From a virus, in the IMG/VR virus record IMGVR_UViG_3300012348_000173, positions 1 to 64,000 of that record: a stretch of DNA of 64,000 bases; one strand, given 5' to 3'. The notes under the pieces were generated by a model. That model saw only the letters and a list, made by a program, of their open reading frames with translations, was not told where the DNA came from and did not search any database. Made by a program: the position numbers and the translations under genes. Positions 17,750 to 27,293 of this stretch are shown here, one piece after another (the first letter of the stretch is position 1; the number at the start of each line of letters is the position of its first letter).

Positions 17750-18166
17750 CTACGGCAACAATCGCTTTGCTACTGCATTCCAATATGATTCTTCTGATAA
17801 ACCTTTAGGATCAAGTGGCTTATGAATATTTGAAGGCATGCTGATATTCTCATTGGTATATGCCGAAACCTTAGATACTGTAAGGTAATCAAAATAATAC
17901 TTTTTAAGGCGGAGTGTAGCAAACGATTCATACTCTACGCGATCGGAATATACGACAGCTGCAGTAGGTACGTTTTCCCCTGGCACCGCAGGTGCGAATC
18001 GTATAGAGCCATTTGGTTCGCATGAAAATGTGCAAGCGTAGTTAAGTTCAACTCCATTCTCGTAAAGCTCAATAACCTCGCCAACAATGAATTTGCCGCT
18101 AACCAAAGAATAGATGCGAATATCCAGTTGGTCTATTTTAGATAGCAGATCATGTGATACTGTCAT
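17750..18166 (-). CDS. Hypothetical protein in the uvsW-gp55 interval
   Basis: 138 aa; overlaps the uvsW stop; L.SG..IVGEV start typical of this syntenic slot. Confidence 0.65.
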   Translation of the reverse strand: MTVSHDLLSKIDQLDIRIYSLVSGKFIVGEVIELYENGVELNYACTFSCEPNGSIRFAPAVPGENVPTAAVVYSDRVEYESFATLRLKKYYFDYLTVSKVSAYTNENISMPSNIHKPLDPKGLSEESYWNAVAKRLLP

Positions 18167-19668
18167 GGCAATTCTATTTCGTATACTTTGTGGTCGAAGC
18201 TTTCGCGTGCATATATTTTAATTCTATCTATTGCATGTTGCATAGTGTAATTCTTTTTCTTCTTCCATGAAAAGTTATCGGATATGTCATAGACTGTAGT
18301 TGCTCGACCATCGTCTGATTTACGAAGGCCACGTCCAATACTCTGCAGTACTCGTATTTGGCTTTTGGTAGGCGCTGCAAAAATAATGTTGTGGATGTTC
18401 TTAATGTTAATACCTGTCGAGAACGTACCGCTACTTGCCGCAATGATTGCATCCTTTTCTTTTTCAACAATAGCACGTATATCTTCACGATCGGTTGCAC
18501 TTACTTCACCGCTTACATAAAATACCTTTCGTGATTCATCAACGGCTTCACACAGCTTTTCATATAGCGGCTTGCCGTGTTTCTCAACTAAGTTAAACAA
18601 AACCAATGTGTTGCCACTTAGGCTTTTTGCGAGGTTCACGATAAACCGATTGCGACCTTCATGTCCAACAATAGATTCAATTTCATTTTGATAGTCTAGC
18701 TTTGAAACAATCTTTCGTAACTCATCAGGATACTTCAAAACAAGGCACTTAATCTTTAGGTCCGCAAGTGTATCATTGTCAATCAGCTCCTTTGTTGTAA
18801 TAACTTTATGAACTGGACCAAAGTTACCAATCAATACACGTTCATTGCAGACGCTGCCATCGAGCGTACCAGTTGTACCAATGCGATATGCTGAACGCGA
18901 TAGCGCACTCATAATACTGTTTAACGACTTAGCTTTAAATAGGTGAGCTTCGTCGCCAATAGTCATACCATACATTTGGAACCAAGCCTTTGGTAAGTTG
19001 ATTGCGCTTTGCCATGTTGTAACAATGACACGCTGCTTCATGCCAATCTTTTCTTTGCCGCTGTAAATGCGATGCACCTCTGCTTCAACGTCAAAGGAAT
19101 CATCATGTGAGCTGTATTCCGCAAAGTCTTTATACATCTGCTCAACCAGCGAAGTTGTAGGTACAACGATTAGTACGCGATCTTCATATTCTTCAAGGTA
19201 CCATCGCATCATTAGGTAAATGATTAACGACTTACCTGAACCTGTTGGACTGATGACTAGGCTGCGTTTCTCAGTTAGAGCGTGTGAATATGCACTTAAT
19301 TGATAATCATATGGAGTGATACGTTGTCCACGGAAACGAATATCTCTTGCAAGTGCACGATCAATCAATTCTTGTTTATTAACTGTATCATGCTGATCAT
19401 CTTTCATTGATGAATCTAGCGCTACAGTATATTTGCGCGATGTTAAAAACTTAACCGCATCTGGAACAAGTCCATATGGAAGCGTCTGCGTGCGGGCGTC
19501 CATAATTCGTATTTTTCCGTCCCACATCTTGTTACGAAACGCCGGCATGAACTTGTAACCGTCCGCATAAAAAGTATAATGTTCAGATAACTCCATAAGT
19601 GCACCATGATCATTTGACTTTAGGTGCACTTTAGTTTCATCAACTTTATAGAAGGTCACTGTACTCAT
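18163..19668 (-). CDS. uvsW: SF2 helicase UvsW
   Basis: SPTGSGKS, DEAH, TGT, QSIGRGLR. Confidence 0.96.
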   Translation of the reverse strand: MSTVTFYKVDETKVHLKSNDHGALMELSEHYTFYADGYKFMPAFRNKMWDGKIRIMDARTQTLPYGLVPDAVKFLTSRKYTVALDSSMKDDQHDTVNKQELIDRALARDIRFRGQRITPYDYQLSAYSHALTEKRSLVISPTGSGKSLIIYLMMRWYLEEYEDRVLIVVPTTSLVEQMYKDFAEYSSHDDSFDVEAEVHRIYSGKEKIGMKQRVIVTTWQSAINLPKAWFQMYGMTIGDEAHLFKAKSLNSIMSALSRSAYRIGTTGTLDGSVCNERVLIGNFGPVHKVITTKELIDNDTLADLKIKCLVLKYPDELRKIVSKLDYQNEIESIVGHEGRNRFIVNLAKSLSGNTLVLFNLVEKHGKPLYEKLCEAVDESRKVFYVSGEVSATDREDIRAIVEKEKDAIIAASSGTFSTGINIKNIHNIIFAAPTKSQIRVLQSIGRGLRKSDDGRATTVYDISDNFSWKKKKNYTMQHAIDRIKIYARESFDHKVYEIELP

Positions 19669-19669
19669 A

Positions 19670-20116
19670 TTATACTCCTGCTGTGAATCGACGGAAGTCG
19701 ATTATGTTTTTGATTGTTGTGTGGCGCCAACGGATATTATCAAGGATGTCTTTCAAGGTATCAACGATATTTTGCTGATACTCAATTACCATCTTAAGCT
19801 TAACAATGTCAGCGTCCGTGTCATAGTATATATCCATGTCGCTTTTAAGCGGCTTCACCAATCCATTAAACGGATCATATGGCCAACCTTTTGCGTCCAT
19901 TTCTTCCTTACTCATTTTGCCGTTGTAATACAACCACTTATCCTTCTTTAGAATCGCAAGTTCATGATCACGTTTCTTTAATCGCAGTTTAGCGTGACTG
20001 TATAGCTCAAGGTATTTGGCATGTAAACTTGCGCTTTTAATACTCGTCTCATCAAGATTCACTTCATCAATTTTGGAGTCAGCGCTCCACATAGCAAGGA
20101 TATCATCTAATGTCAT
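19670..20116 (-). CDS. uvsY: Recombination mediator UvsY
   Basis: W..DSKID...LHAKYL...WLYYNG...IKNIIDFRRF.AG. Confidence 0.92.
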   Translation of the reverse strand: MTLDDILAMWSADSKIDEVNLDETSIKSASLHAKYLELYSHAKLRLKKRDHELAILKKDKWLYYNGKMSKEEMDAKGWPYDPFNGLVKPLKSDMDIYYDTDADIVKLKMVIEYQQNIVDTLKDILDNIRWRHTTIKNIIDFRRFTAGV

Positions 20117-20123
20117 AATTTAA

Positions 20124-20582
20124 TTATACAAACTCGAACGTATCATATCTGAAAGATACATCAACGTAGGCATATTCAACTTCAGTCAATTGTGTATTAA
20201 ACTCAACCGATCCAACACTTGTTGGAAATGCATTTGTAAAACGCATTGCGCGCGAAACATTGTTATGACTAGTGAGGAAGTTTAATGTCATATCGCGAAC
20301 ATCCAAATTCTTTTCTTTAGTGTTATGAAGAATCCAACCATAGATCTCTTCATATACCTTGAGCTCTTCATCTATAGCAATACGAATATTAATCGCATCA
20401 TATTGAATCTTTTCGCCAGGCAGATATCCGTGGCGGTTACGATAATTTAATTCAATTTCTGGAAGAGTGATGCTAGGTAAAGAAGCAGATACCGCAAAGT
20501 ATTCAGTGTTCTTATAATCGTTTCCGGAAATTTGTAACTTAAATCCCGTAAGTGATAGTAAATTTTTGTTAGATGTTACCAT
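20124..20582 (-). CDS. gp3: Tail tube terminator/completion protein
   Basis: NLLS.TGF, IDEELKVY.EIY.W, F.NAFPTS; start at MVTSN, 5 nt after TATAAATA. Confidence 0.85.
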   Translation of the reverse strand: MVTSNKNLLSLTGFKLQISGNDYKNTEYFAVSASLPSITLPEIELNYRNRHGYLPGEKIQYDAINIRIAIDEELKVYEEIYGWILHNTKEKNLDVRDMTLNFLTSHNNVSRAMRFTNAFPTSVGSVEFNTQLTEVEYAYVDVSFRYDTFEFV

Positions 20583-20587
20583 AGCTA

Positions 20588-20595
20588 TATTTATA
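20588..20595 (-). promoter_or_regulatory. Late promoter of gp3
   Basis: Exact TATAAATA. Confidence 0.8.
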
Positions 20596-20598
20596 GAC

Positions 20599-20631
20599 AA
20601 AAAAGGGGAGCTACCCTTTCGAGTAGCTCCC
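20599..20631 (-). terminator. Terminator after the major capsid gene
   Basis: GGGAGCTACTC-GAAA-GGGTAGCTCCC followed by CTTTTTT. Confidence 0.9.
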
Positions 20632-20655
20632 GCAAATTGGGTTATCCGTTAAGGA

Positions 20656-22008
20656 TTACGCAAGGTTTGCAACGCCATTGTAACCGAATCCGTTTGCACC
20701 GGAAAGACCAGTAACAGTGAATGTACGGTAGTATGGGTTTGCACCGTTTGCACCTGTACCGTCGAGTGCAGATGGTGTACCTGCGAATGGGTTCGCAACC
20801 AAGCCGTAGCGAGTCTTGAAGCCAATCTTTGGTTGGAATGTGTTAGGATCAACTGCACGAACCATGGTAAGTGGAACGTATGGGCAGTAGAACATACCAG
20901 CGTCGTATGCATTAGCACCCTTGTAACCTACAGTGATGTAGTCGTCGGTGCTGAATGGGTCGATGAAGACCTTGAGGCGACCGTTAAGAACACCTGCAAA
21001 TACGTTACCAGTGTCATCAACGTTTAGGTTGGTGCTAAGCGCTGGAGCGTAGTTAAGAACACCAGATGCAGCAAGTGCGGAAGCAACGTTGCTGGAGCAG
21101 ATGATGAAGTTACCCTTACCACGACGTGTTGCCTTAGCAATGGAGTTAGCTTCAACATCAAGCTGGAATCCAAGAGTCTTGAACTTTTCAACAGCCCAAC
21201 GACCATCGGAGTCTTGGTCGATGTCGTAGTTACCAGAGTTATTGTAACCACCAGTCTTCGCCTTTAGGTTAACAGTTTCGATAACTTCACGGTTGATTTC
21301 TGCAAGGATTTCAACAGAGAGGATGTTAGCGAGTTCTGCTTCTGCATCAAGACCGTGGACAGCCTTAAGGTCTTGTGCAAGTTCCATGGTGTACTCAGCC
21401 TTAAGCGCACGGGTCTTTGCAGTAACCGTGGTCTTGTCGACTGTGAAGCCCATTTGACCGAAACCAGGAGAAGATGCTCCGGTTGCACCAGTTTGGCCGA
21501 TTGTCTTGTATGTACCGCTTTGCTGGTCGTAGTACTGCGTAGCACCATTATTACCATTACCGCTAAGACCTTCACCAACAGAGGTTGTTACCTTACCAGA
21601 GAAGTTAATGTCTGGCTTGTTGAAGAGTGCTTCAGCTTGGTTTGTACCAGCCGCATCCTGATATTGACTACGCATTGCGAAGATCAAACCAGTTGGCATG
21701 GTCATTGGCTGAACACCAGCGATGTCATAAGCAACGATGTTAGGCATTGCACGACGAACAAGGCTGATGAGAACTGGATCCCATGTTTGGATAGCATTAC
21801 CGCTAGCAACAGAAGGAGCAGCTGGGTTACCAATTGCGTTACCTTCGGTAAGGAAGGATGAGTGAGCGCGTTCTTCAGCGAGAGCCTTCTTTTGGTTCTC
21901 AAGTAGAACAGCGGTGATTGCACGGCGGTAGTTATCCTTGAACTTAGGTGCGTCTGGCGCGTCAAGTACCGGTGCCCAATTTTTTTGTGCGTTATCGGAG
22001 TTAAACAT
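20656..22008 (-). CDS. gp23: Major capsid protein
   Basis: GVQPM..PTGLIFAMR, LKAEYTMELAQDLKAVHGLDAE.EL, FQPKIGFKTRYG. Confidence 0.98.
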   Translation of the reverse strand: MFNSDNAQKNWAPVLDAPDAPKFKDNYRRAITAVLLENQKKALAEERAHSSFLTEGNAIGNPAAPSVASGNAIQTWDPVLISLVRRAMPNIVAYDIAGVQPMTMPTGLIFAMRSQYQDAAGTNQAEALFNKPDINFSGKVTTSVGEGLSGNGNNGATQYYDQQSGTYKTIGQTGATGASSPGFGQMGFTVDKTTVTAKTRALKAEYTMELAQDLKAVHGLDAEAELANILSVEILAEINREVIETVNLKAKTGGYNNSGNYDIDQDSDGRWAVEKFKTLGFQLDVEANSIAKATRRGKGNFIICSSNVASALAASGVLNYAPALSTNLNVDDTGNVFAGVLNGRLKVFIDPFSTDDYITVGYKGANAYDAGMFYCPYVPLTMVRAVDPNTFQPKIGFKTRYGLVANPFAGTPSALDGTGANGANPYYRTFTVTGLSGANGFGYNGVANLA

Positions 22009-22056
22009 AATAGTCTATTTCTTTGTTGTTGTTTGGGGGTTGGGAAAACCGTTATC

Positions 22057-24216
22057 TCAGAGTAGGTCAGATGTTACTGCCTTATTCATTCTTGATAGAG
22101 CGGTTAAATAGGATTTCATTTCAGGAGATAGATTGTCATCCATGGATTCTCCTTCGACGATTGTTTCAGTGCTGACGAAAGAATCGTCAGCATCTTCGGT
22201 TAATGTTGTATCTTCAGTTTCTTGTGCGCTGTTAAGGTAAAATTCCTTGATGGTTGCAACCTTCTTACGATAGGTAGCTTCATCAACAAATTCGACATCT
22301 TCAACGAGCTTCTTCAATCTGTCGACTTGTGTATCTGCGAGACCAGCGGAGGCTTCAGTTACAATCTGTTCGCGAACAAGTGTATCAACACGGTCTGCGA
22401 GAGATTCAGCAATGCGGTTAAGCTTTGCGGTTTGTTCCTTTAGATTGCTGTTTTCAGTTTCAAGCTGAGCAAACAGATCAACCTTGCTGTCAGGTACATC
22501 GACATAATTTTCGACGAATACGTTTTTCAACGATGAGATGAAGTTTTCGGCGAGCTGAGTACGTAGTGAAGATTCGATTGCAACCTTGTTCTCTTCCATC
22601 CAGGATTCAACTGCATAGGTGAGATAGCTGTCAACTTGTTCTTCAAGAACGCTCTTAACGCTTTCAACTTCTTCGGCTAGACGTGTTTCGTATTGTTCAC
22701 TTAGAGTAGCTTCGATTTCGTTAACCTTAGAAGATACTGCAGCTTCAAAAATGATAGCAGCCTTATCCTTAAATTCTTCGGTTAGTCCTTCTTCGCTTTC
22801 GATTAGACGTGTGATATCTTCGGATTCGTATGATTCTTTCATACCATACTTAGCCTTGATGATTGACTTAAGCTTTGCAGCATCGGTCTTATTCAATTTA
22901 CCAGCTTTAGTGACACGACCCTTTGCACGAGCAAGAGAATCGCCTTTACCATCATCTTTATTGGCGCGACCAAAATACATTTTATCCCATCCGTCTTCAA
23001 GATCTTTTGCAATCTTTTCGCCGCCTGGGTGTTTCTTGATTTTTGCCAGAACTTCACTTGCATCGCCATCTGAGCGTGCATCACTTGCAACTGCAATAAA
23101 ATCATCAATCAGTTCTTTTAGTTCAGGACTGATTGCTTCGTCTAATTGTAGGTCTTCGGATTCGTATGATTCTTTCATTGATGCTTTTTCTTTTTCAAGC
23201 TTTTTAATGCGAGCTTGTCTACGCTTAATCATATCTCTTAACTCGACAATTTCATTGCCAATACCTTGAGGGAGATTAGCAAATACACCATCTTTTGTTC
23301 GGTAAGAGGCAATTTTCTTTTCAACTTCTTTTATCTTTTCCTGATATTCCGCAATCTTTTCATGACTGCGCTTAATCTTTTCGTCAATAGATTTTCCATA
23401 ATCTCCCCATGCAGGGCTATGTGGATCATTATGACGGGCTTCGTCTAATTGCATGTCTTCAGATTCTTCAAGGCTTTCACGTACATAAGAACCTTCATGC
23501 TCTCTATCAACTTTACCATCTTTGCCTTTAACGACAGTATGAATATCGCCGCCATGCTGAATAAATGCATGATACTTTCCAGACTTTTGCATTTCTTCTT
23601 TACCCTTTTTAATGATTTCATCATGATCTTTTTTGCTGACATCAGTCACTTTACTAACTTCAGTTCCATGACCTTTCTTTGCAGCCCATGCTTTAGCAGA
23701 TGCTTCATCTTTGAAGTATTTAGTATAGCCTGTGCCGCTGTAAACGCCAGGGTAATGTGCTCTCCATCTCTCGGTTCCATGAGCCATCGAGGCTTCAGCT
23801 AAACCGATATCATTTTCTTCATCGAGTTCAGCTTCTTCTTTTGCAAGTTTCTTAGCAACTGTCTTACGACGCTTGGTAAGATATTCATCAGCTTCATCGC
23901 TATCTCCATCATTATCAACGTCAGAATCTTCGTCTCCGGTCTTATCTAGACCTTCACCATCGTCTTCTTTATCGTCATCGTCTTTGCCATCAATTGATTT
24001 AGGATCGACTTTTGTGGCTTCGCCCATTTCGTCTTCACCCATCTCATCTTCATCGTAATTGCATTTGCATTCATCATCGCAATCACAATCCTCTTTCTTA
24101 GCTTTGGCTTCAGTGATATCCTGTTCCAAAGTTTCATCAAGAGTTTCCAATGCGGCAACGTCGATGTCTTCAATGATGACTTCGTCTTCTTGTAGAGTAT
24201 CTAGGTTATTTTCCAT
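22057..24216 (-). CDS. gp22: Prohead core scaffold protein with large modular insertions
   Basis: C-terminal GLTEEFKDKAAIIFEAAV...YLTYAVESW.EEN core; lies between gp21 and gp23; 719 aa. Confidence 0.9.
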   Translation of the reverse strand: MENNLDTLQEDEVIIEDIDVAALETLDETLEQDITEAKAKKEDCDCDDECKCNYDEDEMGEDEMGEATKVDPKSIDGKDDDDKEDDGEGLDKTGDEDSDVDNDGDSDEADEYLTKRRKTVAKKLAKEEAELDEENDIGLAEASMAHGTERWRAHYPGVYSGTGYTKYFKDEASAKAWAAKKGHGTEVSKVTDVSKKDHDEIIKKGKEEMQKSGKYHAFIQHGGDIHTVVKGKDGKVDREHEGSYVRESLEESEDMQLDEARHNDPHSPAWGDYGKSIDEKIKRSHEKIAEYQEKIKEVEKKIASYRTKDGVFANLPQGIGNEIVELRDMIKRRQARIKKLEKEKASMKESYESEDLQLDEAISPELKELIDDFIAVASDARSDGDASEVLAKIKKHPGGEKIAKDLEDGWDKMYFGRANKDDGKGDSLARAKGRVTKAGKLNKTDAAKLKSIIKAKYGMKESYESEDITRLIESEEGLTEEFKDKAAIIFEAAVSSKVNEIEATLSEQYETRLAEEVESVKSVLEEQVDSYLTYAVESWMEENKVAIESSLRTQLAENFISSLKNVFVENYVDVPDSKVDLFAQLETENSNLKEQTAKLNRIAESLADRVDTLVREQIVTEASAGLADTQVDRLKKLVEDVEFVDEATYRKKVATIKEFYLNSAQETEDTTLTEDADDSFVSTETIVEGESMDDNLSPEMKSYLTALSRMNKAVTSDLL
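22817..23178. repeat. 26-bp exact direct repeat at 22817-22842 and 23153-23178 encoding MKESYESE(D) linkers
   Basis: tcttcggattcgtatgattctttcat occurs twice; gcttcgtctaattg also recurs at 23135 and 23438. Confidence 0.9.
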
Positions 24217-24230
24217 TGTTATTTTCTTAA

Positions 24231-24878
24231 TTACAGGTTGGAGAGGAAATCATCCCAGACACGTATCTGAGCTTCAGCCAAATTTGCTGAAGAGGCTTTT
24301 TTGATTTCAGTCTCATATTTTTCAATTTGTTGCGGCTTAAGTAGACCGTTATCCCAGATCCATTCTACGCCTTCCATGATGCCATTGACAAACGCCGATG
24401 GTGCACTTGGATCTTGTACAATATCAACTGTGGACAGTGTGAAATCATCATTGACTTCACTGCGGCCGTTCCTAGATGCAACGGTTCCCATACCACGACT
24501 AGAGACGCCCAACTGACAACCACCTTCAAGAAGTCCTTTCACGATGTTACCCATTGGGGTGTTCAGTATAAGCGCCTTTCCAACAACATCATTACCGTTC
24601 CATGATAGTTCGGTAATGCGGTGTGAAACTTTATCAAGGTTAATTGTAGGACCGTCTGGATGGTTTAATTCACCAACGGCGCGACCTTTATTAACATACT
24701 CTGTAAGGTATTTACCTACAGCTTTTTCTAAAACTTTCTTTGGGTAAACTCGACGATTACGGTTTACCTGTTCAGCTTGCATGAAGACTCCATCAATGAT
24801 GTATTTCTTTTCACCACCCTGTGCGCTCTCAACAATAGAGTAGCTAAGGTCTTCAATATGCTCGGTGATTAATTTCAT
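24231..24878 (-). CDS. gp21: Prohead protease
   Basis: NRNRRVYP, GELNHP, GVSSRGMG, DIVQDPSAPSA. Confidence 0.96.
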   Translation of the reverse strand: MKLITEHIEDLSYSIVESAQGGEKKYIIDGVFMQAEQVNRNRRVYPKKVLEKAVGKYLTEYVNKGRAVGELNHPDGPTINLDKVSHRITELSWNGNDVVGKALILNTPMGNIVKGLLEGGCQLGVSSRGMGTVASRNGRSEVNDDFTLSTVDIVQDPSAPSAFVNGIMEGVEWIWDNGLLKPQQIEKYETEIKKASSANLAEAQIRVWDDFLSNL

Positions 24879-24887
24879 TATGGAGTT

Positions 24888-24895
24888 TATTTATA
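24888..24895 (-). promoter_or_regulatory. Late promoter of gp21-gp22-gp23
   Basis: Exact TATAAATA. Confidence 0.8.
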
Positions 24896-24917
24896 CAAAA
24901 TGAATTCTTAAGATGCG

Positions 24918-25595
24918 TTATTTTTCAATAACTGCAATTGCGTCCATCAGTTGCTTATTGCCTGAATTTTTACGCTTTATGTCTGCAAGGATTTTTTCAA
25001 CGGTCTTTGTGTCAACACGACCAGCATCAACATGTGCATGCTCCCACGCATTTTTCTGATGAATATCCAAAGCCTTCATAAGTGTATCGCGTGCAGCCAT
25101 GTATTTAGCATTGCGTTCTTTTGCTGCTAAGCCTTTTGACATATCATACTTTTTAGGTGGATTTGCTGTAGCGTATTCACCGCTTGCAAGATCATCATAC
25201 AGCTTCTTAATTGCCTTTACAGCGCTCTTAATCTCAGAGCTTGCATGTGTACTTGCTAACTTATCATAGTAGCTAAGAACGTCGGATGTGCTAGGGCGAC
25301 TTTGGGAAAATGCATTAAATTTATCACGCTCGCCTTTATCTAATTTGCTCATGATTGTGTCTCTGTGCGAAACATATTCTTGAGACCATTTTCGTGATGC
25401 TGCTGCCCCCAATGCATTTAAGCCAGTTGCTTCTTGAATGCTATTGTTATAAATTGTGGACGCCAATTCAACTCTCTTAACGTCGAGAGCCGTGGTTACA
25501 CGAGTCATAATTGCGTTTTTAAATGCAGCGTCTGCTGCAGCAGTGTTATCAGATTGAACTGCATTGATAATTGATTGTACTTGTACGTCGCTCAT
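24918..25595 (-). CDS. gp67: Prohead core protein (gp67-like N-terminus) with a 170-aa extension
   Basis: First 55 aa (A..AFKNAIM.RV..ALD.KRVELA) and position between gp20 and gp21. Confidence 0.7.
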   Translation of the reverse strand: MSDVQVQSIINAVQSDNTAAADAAFKNAIMTRVTTALDVKRVELASTIYNNSIQEATGLNALGAAASRKWSQEYVSHRDTIMSKLDKGERDKFNAFSQSRPSTSDVLSYYDKLASTHASSEIKSAVKAIKKLYDDLASGEYATANPPKKYDMSKGLAAKERNAKYMAARDTLMKALDIHQKNAWEHAHVDAGRVDTKTVEKILADIKRKNSGNKQLMDAIAVIEK

Positions 25596-25620
25596 TTTCT
25601 ATTTATTTGTTTTTGAATAT

Positions 25621-27228
25621 TTAAACGTCTGTTTCCGCTGAGTCTATATCGTCCTCACCGCCCGCGTCAGCGCCGTCACCTACACTATCGGAATCTTCAG
25701 GGGCCGCTGCTGCGTCTGCTTTAGCTTTTTCTTCAGCAATTTCTTCATCCATTTGAGCAATCTCATCATCGCTTTGATTGAGAATATTTGAACGGACCCA
25801 TTTTTCGCTGTAGTATTTACCAACCTTATCACCAAGCTGGTCAACAACTCCAACACGTTCCTTAAGGATTTCGAAGTCTTTTAGCTCACTAAAGTAGTTG
25901 TCCTCAATGTAGTCAACGTTAAGGTTTTCTTTAATTGGGTTCCAATCCTGAGGAGTAATGATACCTTTAAGAACAAGCTGAGTGCGCAGCAGGTCAATGA
26001 ATAGGACCGCAAACTTCTTACGCAGACGGTTAACAAACTTTTGGAACTTAACTTCTTCTCGAGAAATTTCGCTGACGCGACCCATGTTAAACATAGATTC
26101 ACTATCAAGTCGGTTTTGCGGAACATTTAGACTGCGGTGCAGTTTCTTTTGGAAGAATAGGACGTCCTCAATTTGACTGAGGTTTTCACCACCTGGTAGA
26201 GTTGTAATTTCGGTACCTTTACCGCCTTCACGACGTGGCAACCAAAAGTCCTCAAGCATACTCATGCTCTTGCGGTCATCGCTAATTTCACCTGTGTTGG
26301 CATCATACACCAACTTGTTGCGATACTTAGCCATGATGCCTTGAACATATTCTTCGGCCTTACCTTTTGGAAGGTTACCAATGTCAATGTAGAAGATACG
26401 ACGCTCAGGCGCACGTGAAATACGATAGATAACAAGACTGTCTTCCATCATGCGTAGCTGATTAACTAGCTTAACGCTTTTGTGTAGGTAAGAAATTGTT
26501 ACACGTCCAGTTTCATCGGTTAAACCTGAAGGAACATATGTTACAACTTCAGGATCAATCTTAATACCGCTGCTCATCATTGGCGGCGATTGTGACGTGG
26601 TTAATGATCCAATATCATCGGTGTAAAGGTAATACTCGTTTGAAACTTCAACTGTTTTTACACCAGTGACTTTGTCAAGCTTTGTGGTTACTTCTTTAAC
26701 CTTCTTAATTCGCAACGGATCAATCATGCGAAGTTCTTTGATCCCGTCTTTTAACTTTTTAGGATCAATGATCTTATGATAATATATGCGGCCGTCAATA
26801 TACCAACGGCGGAAAATATCAGGACCCATGAAATTGAAATCAATTAGCGTTAGCAGATTTTTAAATTCGTCATGGATCTTTGTTTTGATTGACTCTGACA
26901 ACTCAACATTATCGAGAATCAATCGAACTGGCATACCATCGCTGTCATTAACGATAGATGCATTTACAATTTCAGTAATCGCGTTGTCACATTCTGGTTG
27001 TGTACTTGCTCCGCGATACTTTAAGATGAGGTCCTTTTCATTATTGAAACTGACACCATCAATGTTTAACACCTGACCATAATATCCAGATGTAGATGAA
27101 CTTGAGATAACTGCAGCATCGTCAACTCCATACGGAGCCGCAAATGACTTCATTGTTCCTTCGCGCTCGTCCGTGCTAGGTTTAGCGCCGTCAATCTTTC
27201 GCCCAATTTCAAATCCGAATAACTTCAT
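25621..27228 (-). CDS. gp20: Portal protein
   Basis: FRRWYIDGR, IYRISRAPERRIFYID.GNLPK, EDFWLPRREGG.GTEITTLPG. Confidence 0.98.
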   Translation of the reverse strand: MKLFGFEIGRKIDGAKPSTDEREGTMKSFAAPYGVDDAAVISSSSTSGYYGQVLNIDGVSFNNEKDLILKYRGASTQPECDNAITEIVNASIVNDSDGMPVRLILDNVELSESIKTKIHDEFKNLLTLIDFNFMGPDIFRRWYIDGRIYYHKIIDPKKLKDGIKELRMIDPLRIKKVKEVTTKLDKVTGVKTVEVSNEYYLYTDDIGSLTTSQSPPMMSSGIKIDPEVVTYVPSGLTDETGRVTISYLHKSVKLVNQLRMMEDSLVIYRISRAPERRIFYIDIGNLPKGKAEEYVQGIMAKYRNKLVYDANTGEISDDRKSMSMLEDFWLPRREGGKGTEITTLPGGENLSQIEDVLFFQKKLHRSLNVPQNRLDSESMFNMGRVSEISREEVKFQKFVNRLRKKFAVLFIDLLRTQLVLKGIITPQDWNPIKENLNVDYIEDNYFSELKDFEILKERVGVVDQLGDKVGKYYSEKWVRSNILNQSDDEIAQMDEEIAEEKAKADAAAAPEDSDSVGDGADAGGEDDIDSAETDV

Positions 27229-27245
27229 AGTCTATATATTAAAGA

Positions 27246-27283
27246 AGGATGGCGCACTACTTCAAACTTTCATGCGCCATCCT
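27246..27283 (-). terminator. Hairpin/terminator after gp19
   Basis: AGGATGGCGCA/TGCGCCATCCT 11-bp stem followed by TCTTT. Confidence 0.65.
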
Positions 27284-27293
27284 AAGCTAAGTC

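Noticed and set aside
22817-23480. gp22 direct repeats as a CRISPR mini-array or integron att sites
   Set aside because: Spacing is about 300 bp, the repeats are in-frame coding linkers and not palindromic, and no recombinase is nearby
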